A stretch of DNA of 64,000 nucleotides from positions 279,633-343,632 of the IMG/VR virus record IMGVR_UViG_3300017917_003143; one strand, given 5' to 3'. Of the stretch, positions 54,468-63,360 are shown piece by piece. The stretch's first letter is position 1; each line of letters starts with the position of its first letter. The notes under the pieces were generated by a model, which saw only the letters and a program-made list of their open reading frames with translations, did no database searches and was not told where the DNA came from. The position numbers were made by a program, and so were the translations under genes.

Positions 54468-55726
54468 TGAAAGACAAGAAGTATTTTCCTATTAAGACTG
54501 CCACAGCATGTCAACTTAAATGGAGCTGGAGTACAATTTTATTGTGGCAAGGCATAACAAGATCTTGCCACAGAACATCAGATTCAGAATTGACTGCAGA
54601 AAACTTCTTCGACTTTCATAATACCAAACTCAAACTGCAAGACAGACAGGCCATGCTCGATGGGCAATGGCCGGAAAAAAACTGTTCTTATTGTAAAAAT
54701 ATCGAAGCTCGTGGTGGTACAAGCGATCGTATACGCATGACAAGCATACCTGACCTTTACCCCAACGAGTTAGATGATGATCCTACAAAACTCATAGTCG
54801 ATCCTTCTATAGTTGAAGTATATTTCAACAATACTTGTAATCTTGGTTGCTTGTACTGTAATTTAGGATTTAGTTCGGTTAATGAAGACGAAAATCGGCG
54901 TTACGGTGATTTCCGTTACGGTGAAGTTCGACTGATCGCGAGGCCCAAAGGACAGTATAAAAATCTTGTTCCTTATTTTTGGAAATGGTTTGAAAAAGAT
55001 TTTCAGAAAGTCAAACGACTGCATATACTTGGCGGAGAACCGTTTTTACAAAAAGAGTTGTTTGTGCTGTTAGACAAGATCGAACAGTTACCCAATCCCA
55101 ACTGCGAACTAAATGTAGTCACAAACTTGATGTGCGACGAAAAAGTACTGGATGAGTTTATAGCCCGTTGCAAAAAACTATTAGTTGGTCGAGCACTCAA
55201 AAGAGTTGATATCACTTGTAGCATCGATTGCTGGGGCGCCGATCAAGAACATGTGCGTTGGGGGATCAAGATGGATCAATGGGAAAAAAACTTTCGCACC
55301 TTGCTACAATACAAATGGCTGAAAATCAATATCAACCAAACGATCACTGTGTTAACGATAAAAACCATGCCAGACCTCCTGAGAAAATTAAAGGAATGGC
55401 AAAAGATACATCCTGTTGGGCATTTCTTCAGCGAAGGTGAACCTCTAATCGAATGTTTAGAAATTGATGTCCTGGGCCATGATATTTTTAGCAAAGAGAT
55501 CAGTGAAATCTTAGATATCATGCCAGAAACCAATGACGAAGAAATCTTGACAAAAAAGTACATGGATAGTATACTGTCAAAACTCGTTGGAACTAAACCC
55601 GATCCGAGACGCATGAAAGATCTAAAGGCTTTCTTAGATGAAAAGGATCGTAGACGTGGCACTGACTGGAAACAAGTTTTCCCCTGGGTACAAGAAGAAT
55701 TTAAAAAATGTGGTATAGCCGAGTAG
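54467..55726 (+). CDS. Radical SAM protein
   Basis: CNLGCLYC (CxxxCxxC), GGEPF; N-terminal Cys cluster (SCH...CSYC). Confidence 0.88.
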   Translation: MKDKKYFPIKTATACQLKWSWSTILLWQGITRSCHRTSDSELTAENFFDFHNTKLKLQDRQAMLDGQWPEKNCSYCKNIEARGGTSDRIRMTSIPDLYPNELDDDPTKLIVDPSIVEVYFNNTCNLGCLYCNLGFSSVNEDENRRYGDFRYGEVRLIARPKGQYKNLVPYFWKWFEKDFQKVKRLHILGGEPFLQKELFVLLDKIEQLPNPNCELNVVTNLMCDEKVLDEFIARCKKLLVGRALKRVDITCSIDCWGADQEHVRWGIKMDQWEKNFRTLLQYKWLKININQTITVLTIKTMPDLLRKLKEWQKIHPVGHFFSEGEPLIECLEIDVLGHDIFSKEISEILDIMPETNDEEILTKKYMDSILSKLVGTKPDPRRMKDLKAFLDEKDRRRGTDWKQVFPWVQEEFKKCGIAE

Positions 55727-56160
55727 TAGCGAACTTAGGATCGATTCCTGACTTTATAGCACACTATGAACGTGAGCTAGATGAAGCACGTCGGGAATGC
55801 CGCATCGGTGGAATGGTCGAACACAACATCAAAGAACTTCCGGGCATCACCGAACATAGATTCAATCAACTGCAAGAGATAGAAGCAGTACTCAACTATC
55901 TCAACATACAACTACGAAAAATCCGCCGCCGCCACTTTCAGAAGTATCTCGAAGCATATCAACGTGCCTTGACATCAAGAGATGCTGAAAAGTATGTAGA
56001 TGGTGAAGATGAAGTCATAGACTTTGAAACTATCATCAACGAAGTAGCCTTGTTGCGTAACAAGTGGCTGGGTATCATGAAAGGTCTGGATACCAAGCAG
56101 TGGCAGATGGGGCATATCGTGCGACTGCGTACTGCAGGCATGGAAGATATACAGGTATGA
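55708..56160 (+). CDS. uvsY: Recombination mediator UvsY-like
   Basis: 150 aa helical; LR.IR..HF..YLE.Y...LTSRDAEKYVDGE...LLRNKWLGI.KG. Confidence 0.75.
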   Translation: MWYSRVVANLGSIPDFIAHYERELDEARRECRIGGMVEHNIKELPGITEHRFNQLQEIEAVLNYLNIQLRKIRRRHFQKYLEAYQRALTSRDAEKYVDGEDEVIDFETIINEVALLRNKWLGIMKGLDTKQWQMGHIVRLRTAGMEDIQV

Positions 56161-57179
56161 CCTCTCGTTTGCGTAGAGCAGACCCTTATGTATATTATGA
56201 TGTATGGAGAAACATTGGATCATATGCGTTGAGATCCGGAGAGTTCTCCTCCATACTTGAACAGGATTTTGAGACAGCTGGAATACCCAAAGATCAAGTC
56301 AAAGATTTTGTCTGGATATTTGATCACAAGCCCGAGGGCATCTCTGCAGAAGACATGCAAGGCTTTTATGAATATTTTAAAAGTCTTGGAGTTCCAGACA
56401 AAAACTTTCGTGTGGCATTTAGTTGCGTAGAAGACATTGACGCATTGCCATATCCAGCTGTGTGTTTACCGGATCGCTTGATCTACAATGGCAATTGGTA
56501 CATGCATCTCAAGCACTACAACATTGACTGGGAAAATTTGCCAATGACTCACAAGATAGTGTGTTTAATGCGCAGGCCCAGCGTAGGACGAGGCAATCTA
56601 GCCAAGCGATTATTGGCCAAGATTGGGCCAGACAATCTCATAATGACTTTTGGTACCAATGGCGAGCACTGTGACGAATCAGTCAAAAAGCTAATATGGC
56701 CACATTCATTTCCCATGATCGTGGACAGACCCATGGCCGACCAAGTGTTCCAGCATCGTATAGATCATGATTTTTTCTACAAGGCTCCTGTGAACTTGAT
56801 AGTAGAGAGTTCCAGCCAAATAGATCCAAACACTTGGCGCAGTATTTTTATCACAGAAAAGACATTCAAAGCCCTGGCTTGGTATCAGTTTCCAATGTGG
56901 TATGCAGTACCAGGTCTGGTTGATCAAGTCCGACAGATGGGCTTTGATGTGTTTGATGATATTTTCAACGGTCATGTGTATGACAAAGAATCTGATCCTT
57001 GGGTGCGTATGACCCAAGTTGTGCAGTTGGCCAAACAGATGTGTGATCAAGACTTGCCACGATTGAGAAAAGCACACTGGCACCGGCTACAAAAAAATGC
57101 AGAGCTGATTGAAAAGATACATAATGAAGCAATTACAAAACATACACAAGCATTACATAAACTAACCAATGACATCTAA
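56157..57179 (+). CDS. Putative glycosyltransferase-like protein, paralog of 9224
   Basis: Start ATG 56157; NLIVES...FITEKTFKA...QMGFDVFDD. Confidence 0.5.
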   Translation: MTSRLRRADPYVYYDVWRNIGSYALRSGEFSSILEQDFETAGIPKDQVKDFVWIFDHKPEGISAEDMQGFYEYFKSLGVPDKNFRVAFSCVEDIDALPYPAVCLPDRLIYNGNWYMHLKHYNIDWENLPMTHKIVCLMRRPSVGRGNLAKRLLAKIGPDNLIMTFGTNGEHCDESVKKLIWPHSFPMIVDRPMADQVFQHRIDHDFFYKAPVNLIVESSSQIDPNTWRSIFITEKTFKALAWYQFPMWYAVPGLVDQVRQMGFDVFDDIFNGHVYDKESDPWVRMTQVVQLAKQMCDQDLPRLRKAHWHRLQKNAELIEKIHNEAITKHTQALHKLTNDI

Positions 57180-57930
57180 ATTTGTTAATCCTCAAGCCAG
57201 TCATGAACACAGTCTGAGAACGCTCAACGACCTGTATGAGCATGACGATTTCATGGAAAGCGTAGGCCGTGTGGTAGATCTTGGTTGCGGATACGATGCT
57301 TTAGATCTGCAATGGTGGGCCACACGGACCACACGCGACGATGATCCTCTACCGTTGAATATACAGTGCGTTGGTATTGATCTGATTGATACGATCAGTA
57401 GAGAAGCAAGACAAAACAACGTAACATATCAGCGCGGAGATTTGGAAACAGTACAACAGCCCAAACGTGCTTATGACATAGTGTGGTGTCACGATACTTT
57501 CCAGTACATGATCAACCCGCTACAATGTTTGGTCAATTGGCGTAACTTATGCACAGCCAACGGAATGTTAGTATTGATACTACCACAAACTACCAACATA
57601 GAATTCAATCGACAGGCATTCGATCAACCATCAGGATGCTACTATAATCATACCATGGTCAGTCTCATACACATGCTGGCCGTCACAGGATGGGATTGTC
57701 GTAGCGGATTTTTTAAAAAAGCACCCAACGATCCATGGCTACATGCCATAGTTTACAAGAGCGATCAAGAGCCCAGCGATCCACGTGGTACCTCATGGTA
57801 CAGTCTTGCCGAAAAGGGTCTACTACCGGCCAGCGCAGAAGAATCTATCAACAAATACGGTTACTTGCGACAGCACGATCTTGTGTTACCTTGGATTGAC
57901 AAGAGCCTGAGCTGGATGGGGCATCAGTAA
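57169..57930 (+). CDS. Class I SAM-dependent methyltransferase
   Basis: VVDLGCG, VGIDL, YDIVWCHD.FQY, G.LVL.LP. Confidence 0.85.
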   Translation: MTSKFVNPQASHEHSLRTLNDLYEHDDFMESVGRVVDLGCGYDALDLQWWATRTTRDDDPLPLNIQCVGIDLIDTISREARQNNVTYQRGDLETVQQPKRAYDIVWCHDTFQYMINPLQCLVNWRNLCTANGMLVLILPQTTNIEFNRQAFDQPSGCYYNHTMVSLIHMLAVTGWDCRSGFFKKAPNDPWLHAIVYKSDQEPSDPRGTSWYSLAEKGLLPASAEESINKYGYLRQHDLVLPWIDKSLSWMGHQ

Positions 57931-57954
57931 TCCAAGACCGTAATATGTGCCTAT

Positions 57955-57962
57955 TATAAATA
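57955..57962 (+). promoter_or_regulatory. T4-type late promoter TATAAATA
   Basis: Exact T4 gp55 consensus, 5 nt before ATG 57968. Confidence 0.75.
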
Positions 57963-57967
57963 TGCAC

Positions 57968-58732
57968 ATGAACAAAATCGTATTGGTTACCGGGGGATTT
58001 GACCCTGTACATTCTGGACACATCGCGTATTTCAAAGCCGCACGAGCTCTCGGCGACACTCTAATCGTTGGATTAAATTCTGACGAATGGCTCGAGCGTA
58101 AAAAAGGACGTGCATTCATGCCATGGAATGAGCGTCTTTGCGTGATCAATAATCTATCCATGGTCGATGAAGTCTACACGTTTGATGATGAAGACGGATC
58201 AGCCCGACATTTTATACAACAGGTGCGGGCACACTATCCCATGGCTGAGCTGATATTTGCCAATGGTGGCGATCGCACAGACAAAAACATTCCTGAAATG
58301 GATGTTGTTGACCCCAATCTAAAATTTGTGTTTGGTGTGGGCGGATTCAACAAGGCCAACTCCAGTAGCTGGATACTGGAAGAATGGCGAGCACCAAAGA
58401 CAGAAAGACCTTGGGGGTATTATCGTGTGCTACATGAACCTAACAAAAATGTAAAACTAAAAGAGCTCACGGTCGAACCTGGCAAAACTCTCAGCATGCA
58501 ACGCCATGCTGATCGAGGAGAGCTTTGGTTTGTCAGCGAAGGCGAAGCTACGCTGTACACGATCAACCGAAAATCTGACGCAGAGCTACACGGTCGATAC
58601 ACACGCAATCAAATGATCGTAATCAATCGTCAAGAGTGGCATCAGCTGGCCAACGAAGGCACAGAACCTCTCAAAGTCATCGAAATACAATACGGTGATC
58701 GATGTGAGGAAAATGACATAGAACGACAATGA
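57968..58732 (+). CDS. HIGH-motif nucleotidyltransferase (TagD/RfaE-like) fused to cupin (mannose-6-phosphate isomerase type II-like)
   Basis: GGFDPVHSGH, VGLNSD, FANGGDR; then RPWG.Y.V, LSMQRH..R.E.W, IEIQYG...E.DIER. Confidence 0.88.
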   Translation: MNKIVLVTGGFDPVHSGHIAYFKAARALGDTLIVGLNSDEWLERKKGRAFMPWNERLCVINNLSMVDEVYTFDDEDGSARHFIQQVRAHYPMAELIFANGGDRTDKNIPEMDVVDPNLKFVFGVGGFNKANSSSWILEEWRAPKTERPWGYYRVLHEPNKNVKLKELTVEPGKTLSMQRHADRGELWFVSEGEATLYTINRKSDAELHGRYTRNQMIVINRQEWHQLANEGTEPLKVIEIQYGDRCEENDIERQ

Positions 58733-59415
58733 ATGACATTATTCCTATCTTTGTAGGATATGATCCGCGAGAAGCTATAGCCTTTCACACTTGTGTGAAC
58801 TCAATCATACGTCATGCTACACAACCAGTGGCCATACATCCAGTAGCTCTCAATCTGTTTAAAGACTACAATGAGACACACACTGACGGTAGCAATCATT
58901 TTATCTACACGCGATTCCTTGTGCCGCACTTGATGGGTTGGAAAGGTTGGGCTATATTCATTGACGGTGACATGATCTTGAGAGATGATATCACCAAACT
59001 CTGGAATCTACGTGAGACAGACAAAGATGTCATGGTAATCAAACACGATTACAAAACCCGTATGCCTGTAAAATACTTAGGAGCAAAGAATGAAGACTAT
59101 CCTAGAAAAAATTGGAGTAGTGTTATTTTGTGGAATTGTAGTAGCTTTCCTAACAGGAAACTTACCCCTGAGTTCGTCCAACAATCCACGGGTAGTTTCC
59201 TCCACCGTTTCTCGTGGTTAAACGATGAACGAATCGGTGAGCTACCACCCGAGTGGAATTGGTTACCCGATGAATACGGTGTCAATCCTGATGCCAAGCT
59301 CTTGCACTATACTCTAGGTACGCCCTGCTTCCATGAATTTGCCGACACACCACAAAGTGAAGAATGGCATAGAGAACGCATACTAACAGAATACTGCCAA
59401 CAAAGGAACATATAA
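58729..59415 (+). CDS. GT-A glycosyltransferase (GT8-like)
   Basis: IFVGYDPRE, FIYTRFLVP, FIDGD (DxD), KNWSSV, LP.EWN, HYT.G.P. Confidence 0.8.
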   Translation: MNDIIPIFVGYDPREAIAFHTCVNSIIRHATQPVAIHPVALNLFKDYNETHTDGSNHFIYTRFLVPHLMGWKGWAIFIDGDMILRDDITKLWNLRETDKDVMVIKHDYKTRMPVKYLGAKNEDYPRKNWSSVILWNCSSFPNRKLTPEFVQQSTGSFLHRFSWLNDERIGELPPEWNWLPDEYGVNPDAKLLHYTLGTPCFHEFADTPQSEEWHRERILTEYCQQRNI

Positions 59416-59416
59416 A

Positions 59417-60070
59417 ATGATAGACCAACTGGAAATGAGAGAAGGCCTTTGGTGGCCAAAAAATGAAGTCAGGTGTTTCAATTGGACCAAGAAAGAATCG
59501 GACCTGCCTGAGCACTTGATGACACATGTTCCTGAAAAGAAAGTCATGGTACAAGCCGGGGGCAACATGGGTTGGTTCACCCAGATATATGCCAAACAGT
59601 TTGAACGGGTGTATGTGTTTGAACCCGATAACATAAATTTCCTTTGCCTGACTCTTAATAATCCCGAGCGCCATGTCATGAAATATCAGGCCTGCATTGG
59701 TAACGAGCGCAACCTGGTCAGTGTGACCTGGAGAGAGGATGATCGAGGTAAAAATCACATAGCCGGCGGACAAGATCTAGTAAAGATGGCCAAGAAGGGC
59801 AAGCAGGCAGACAACATACCCACCTTGATGATCGACGACTTAAATCTTGATGCATGTTCTTACATACACTTGGACATTGAAGGATTTGAATGGTTTGCTC
59901 TTAACGGTGCAGAACAAACAATCAAAAAATATCTGCCGATCATCGCTGTGGAAGAAGCTGGGCACGGCCTGAGATATGACAAACCTTTTCCTGAAGTTGA
60001 AAAATATCTTGCTCAGTTTGGATATAGAATCATAGACAGATATCGACACGAAGCAGTTTTTTCTGTATGA
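59417..60070 (+). CDS. FkbM-family methyltransferase
   Basis: QAGGNMG, VYVFEPD, IDDLNL, IHLDIEGFE..AL.GA..TI. Confidence 0.9.
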   Translation: MIDQLEMREGLWWPKNEVRCFNWTKKESDLPEHLMTHVPEKKVMVQAGGNMGWFTQIYAKQFERVYVFEPDNINFLCLTLNNPERHVMKYQACIGNERNLVSVTWREDDRGKNHIAGGQDLVKMAKKGKQADNIPTLMIDDLNLDACSYIHLDIEGFEWFALNGAEQTIKKYLPIIAVEEAGHGLRYDKPFPEVEKYLAQFGYRIIDRYRHEAVFSV

Positions 60071-60822
60071 AAGCATTTGTAATCTATTTGCCCACCCGGC
60101 CACACAGCGTTGAATCGTCTGCTGTGATGATAAAAAATCTCAAGAGATACGGAATCGACGCTGAACTGTTTGAAGGGACCACCGGTGACCAAGCCGTAGC
60201 CTTGGCTGAAAAATCTAAAAAAACTCTGTATCCATACAGCATCAAAAACCGAGTGCTTGACGAGCATGATGTTGAGCAGTTGATACGTCCAGAACTATAC
60301 GAAGAATTTAAAAAAAAGCATCGTTATGAAATAATCGAGCGCCAGTTAATCGACGAAACAGAACAAGCCAAGATGAGTCGTCCGGGAGTGATTGGGTGTT
60401 TCTATAGCCACTACAACTTATGGAAACGATGTGTAGATCTTGATGAACCCATCATGATTTTTGAAGATGACGTTAAATTCTATCGTGGTTACTATCCTGT
60501 AGAGTTTGATGGGGTCTTGATCTTGAGCCTGGGAAAAAGCTCGTTTATGTCAGACCCACAAAAGAGCTATCTCGAAAACCCAACAGGCCCTGTACAAGCT
60601 CGTAAATGGCAAAATTTTAGCATGCCTGGCGCCAGTGGTTATGCCATACAGCCCGATGCCGCGAGAGCACTGATTAAATTTTATCGACCTTATTGGTACC
60701 CGGCAGACAATGCTATAAATCAGTTTGTGGTTCCTATACACATCAGTACCTACATCATGGGCCGCAACACTTTGCCCGAGGAAGGAAACATCTCAATGAC
60801 CAAGGCCAAGGATTGGTTATGA
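60067..60822 (+). CDS. GT25-like glycosyltransferase
   Basis: KAFVIYL, IGCFYSH..LW..C, IFEDD, GASGY.I.P..A. Confidence 0.82.
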   Translation: MKAFVIYLPTRPHSVESSAVMIKNLKRYGIDAELFEGTTGDQAVALAEKSKKTLYPYSIKNRVLDEHDVEQLIRPELYEEFKKKHRYEIIERQLIDETEQAKMSRPGVIGCFYSHYNLWKRCVDLDEPIMIFEDDVKFYRGYYPVEFDGVLILSLGKSSFMSDPQKSYLENPTGPVQARKWQNFSMPGASGYAIQPDAARALIKFYRPYWYPADNAINQFVVPIHISTYIMGRNTLPEEGNISMTKAKDWL

Positions 60823-61727
60823 AGGTAGGAATATTTTACAACTCAATCAGCAATCCTGCCAAGTTTTCCAACAAAGTGATGTTAATGGACAACTTCAAAG
60901 CTGGTGTGCTGGCCAATGGCGATGAAGTAATAGAGTTTAAAGATAACAATTTGCCCAACCAGCCATTGGGTGCTGGATTCGTTCTTGGCTACACGCTGGA
61001 AGATAATTTTAGAAAAAAGATCATTGACTGTTTGCGCAATCAAAACACACCTGCTATCTTTGTTGACAGCAACATCCTGCACTATGCAAGAAAAGAACAC
61101 GAGTGGCACAGATACAGTTTAGGCAGTGTCTACCCAGATTCGGGAACTTATTTCTTTGGAGAACTGGACAGAACCAAGTGGCAAACTTACAGTGCCTGGC
61201 ACAGTGCTGAATTAAAGCCCTGGCGGACAGCAGGACAACACATACTGATACTCTGCCAGAGACCCAAGGGATTTAACATGTTCACAGATCAGGAAGCCTG
61301 GCTAGATGCGACCATTGCCAAGATTCGCAAACATAGCCAACGTCCTATAATGATCCGGATGCACCCTGGTGACGGAACCAGAGAAAAACAAATACACAAG
61401 ATCCAGAAAAAGTACGGAACCACGGTCACGATATCCACGCATGACAACATACGCGAAGCTCTGGTCAATTGTTGGTGTACTGTGGGATTAAACTCAACAC
61501 CAAATGTAGTCGCGGCCATCGAAGGTATACCGGGTTACATCGAAGATCCTCAGCACAGCTGGGCCAACGGAATCGCGTTTACTGACTTGTCTCAGATTGG
61601 GAACCCGCCCAGGCCAGATCGCACAGAGTGGATCCATAAGATTGCCAACATACACTGGAGCAATCAAGAAGTAAGATCGGGAAAACTCTGGTCAACAATC
61701 AAGACTTATATCGAGCAGTCTCGTTGA
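60819..61727 (+). CDS. KpsS/KpsC-like (capsule synthesis, GT-B) protein
   Basis: Start ATG 60819; ILILCQ, I.IR.HP, NST..V.A.I.GIP. Confidence 0.55.
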   Translation: MKVGIFYNSISNPAKFSNKVMLMDNFKAGVLANGDEVIEFKDNNLPNQPLGAGFVLGYTLEDNFRKKIIDCLRNQNTPAIFVDSNILHYARKEHEWHRYSLGSVYPDSGTYFFGELDRTKWQTYSAWHSAELKPWRTAGQHILILCQRPKGFNMFTDQEAWLDATIAKIRKHSQRPIMIRMHPGDGTREKQIHKIQKKYGTTVTISTHDNIREALVNCWCTVGLNSTPNVVAAIEGIPGYIEDPQHSWANGIAFTDLSQIGNPPRPDRTEWIHKIANIHWSNQEVRSGKLWSTIKTYIEQSR

Positions 61728-62490
61728 CGAATACTGCCAATTCTTTCCTGGTGCCTTTGGCAGTCCAAATATAACTGTCAGGGTGCATGTTCCAATCAAT
61801 GTAAGACATAGGTAGTTGCCCATGCTGATATCGAGGAACGATAGGATCTAATACATCTTGATCCAACCCCCAGTAAACATAATCGCGCTCAAACCAAGAT
61901 TTTAATTCTTGTGCGTAATCTGACAGGAATTGTTGGCATGCAGGAGTAGCATTGAGCCAAAGGCCTCCTGCAAGGTATCTGGCACGTTTACCAGTGATGT
62001 GATGTATATAAAAATCGTGTGATTCATTGAGAGCAGGCACGCTCTTCCGTACCACAGCATCTACATCGATGGCCAATACTTGAGTGCGCCGATATAGGTC
62101 AGACAAACGAATGAATCTGGCACAAGCATAGTATGTTTTTTGCAGGCGCTCAATCACGCTACGATCATTGCCTTTGCCCATGGCGTTTAAAGTCCGATCA
62201 TAACGACTTTTTTCTGGCTCTGTGATGGGTACTTGTGCCCAACGCTGTGCGGCTGGTCTAAATAGATCTTCTGTGACGTGTTCCCAGGACACTGAAACTT
62301 TTTTCTCCTGACAAAAATCAATTTGATCGTTGCGTGGATTGAACAAGTGCAAATGTATGCTCAATTTTGTGTTGTGCTGGATACTGTTTATGAACGCATG
62401 ACCGAATTCATCAAAGTATTGTGAGTCACAAGCAGAGTAGACAAATAAATCTTGATGATGGCAGGTTCCGTGTAGCTCGGGTAACTTCAT
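61699..62490 (-). CDS. Putative GT-A nucleotide-sugar transferase
   Basis: Start ATG 62490; YYACARF, AIDVD (DxD), WGLDQD.L. Confidence 0.55.
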   Translation of the reverse strand: MKLPELHGTCHHQDLFVYSACDSQYFDEFGHAFINSIQHNTKLSIHLHLFNPRNDQIDFCQEKKVSVSWEHVTEDLFRPAAQRWAQVPITEPEKSRYDRTLNAMGKGNDRSVIERLQKTYYACARFIRLSDLYRRTQVLAIDVDAVVRKSVPALNESHDFYIHHITGKRARYLAGGLWLNATPACQQFLSDYAQELKSWFERDYVYWGLDQDVLDPIVPRYQHGQLPMSYIDWNMHPDSYIWTAKGTRKELAVFVNETARYKS

Positions 62491-62491
62491 A

Positions 62492-62505
62492 GTTAAATAT
62501 TTAAC
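62492..62505. promoter_or_regulatory. Palindromic bidirectional late promoter
   Basis: GTTAAATATTTAAC, a perfect 14-bp palindrome with TAAATA on both strands, between divergent ATGs 62490 and 62509. Confidence 0.75.
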
Positions 62506-62508
62506 CTT

Positions 62509-63360
62509 ATGATCATCGCCTATTTTCCAAAACAATGTGCCCAAAACAGTGGTCCTGTCTTGGAAGCCATGCTGGCCAGTTTGAAAGCCGCTGGCCACAC
62601 CTGTGTTGAAAACAGTTATGATGCAGATGCGGCCATCATATGGTCGGTGTTGTGGTCGGGACGCATGGCTCGCAATCATGAAGTCTGGGTGCGATATAGA
62701 GATGCCAAGAAGCCAGTGATCGTAGTAGATGTGGGTGCTTTGTATCGCGGCGAAACCTGGAAGATAGCGGTAAACTCGATCACGGCCAATGGCTATTATG
62801 GACACACAGAAAACCTGGATTGGGATCGCCCTAAAAAGTTAGGCATCAGCTTGGCCATCAACCTCAGTCGTAATCCCAGGATCGTCATTGCGGCACAGCA
62901 TGCCCGCAGTCTACAGGTGGCAGGTTTGGTTAGCATAGAAGGTTGGATCTGGTCTCAGGTGGAAGAACTTAGAAAGGTCACAGACAGGCCCATAGTGGTC
63001 AGACCTCATCCTAGGAGCCCGCTTGATAGCTCCATCCATATCCATTTGCCCAAGGATGTAATAATAGAACAGCCGCAGAAAATAGCCAACACCTACGACA
63101 GCTATAACTTGGCCTTTGATTGCCATGCCATGGTCAACCATAATTCAGGTCCTGGCATACAGGCTGCCTTGGCTGGAACCAGACCCATTGTGGATTCTAG
63201 CAGTCTAGCACACCCAGTCAGCATCCGCATAGAGGACATCGAACAGCCTTACACAGTAGATCGCGATCAGTGGCTGGTAGAAATATGCCACACAGAATAC
63301 ACAGTAGATGAAATAAAACAAGGGCGATGGATAGACCGCCTACAGCCAGGACTCAGATGA
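62509..63360 (+). CDS. KpsS/KpsC-like protein, paralog of 60819
   Basis: IVIAAQ, IVVRPHP, NSGPGIQAALAG, DR.QWL..I... Confidence 0.55.
   Translation: MIIAYFPKQCAQNSGPVLEAMLASLKAAGHTCVENSYDADAAIIWSVLWSGRMARNHEVWVRYRDAKKPVIVVDVGALYRGETWKIAVNSITANGYYGHTENLDWDRPKKLGISLAINLSRNPRIVIAAQHARSLQVAGLVSIEGWIWSQVEELRKVTDRPIVVRPHPRSPLDSSIHIHLPKDVIIEQPQKIANTYDSYNLAFDCHAMVNHNSGPGIQAALAGTRPIVDSSSLAHPVSIRIEDIEQPYTVDRDQWLVEICHTEYTVDEIKQGRWIDRLQPGLR

Noticed and set aside
62491-62805. Upstream extension of the minus ORF 61699-62805
   Set aside because: It overlaps the plus-strand gene 62509; the promoter palindrome supports ATG 62490 as the start.
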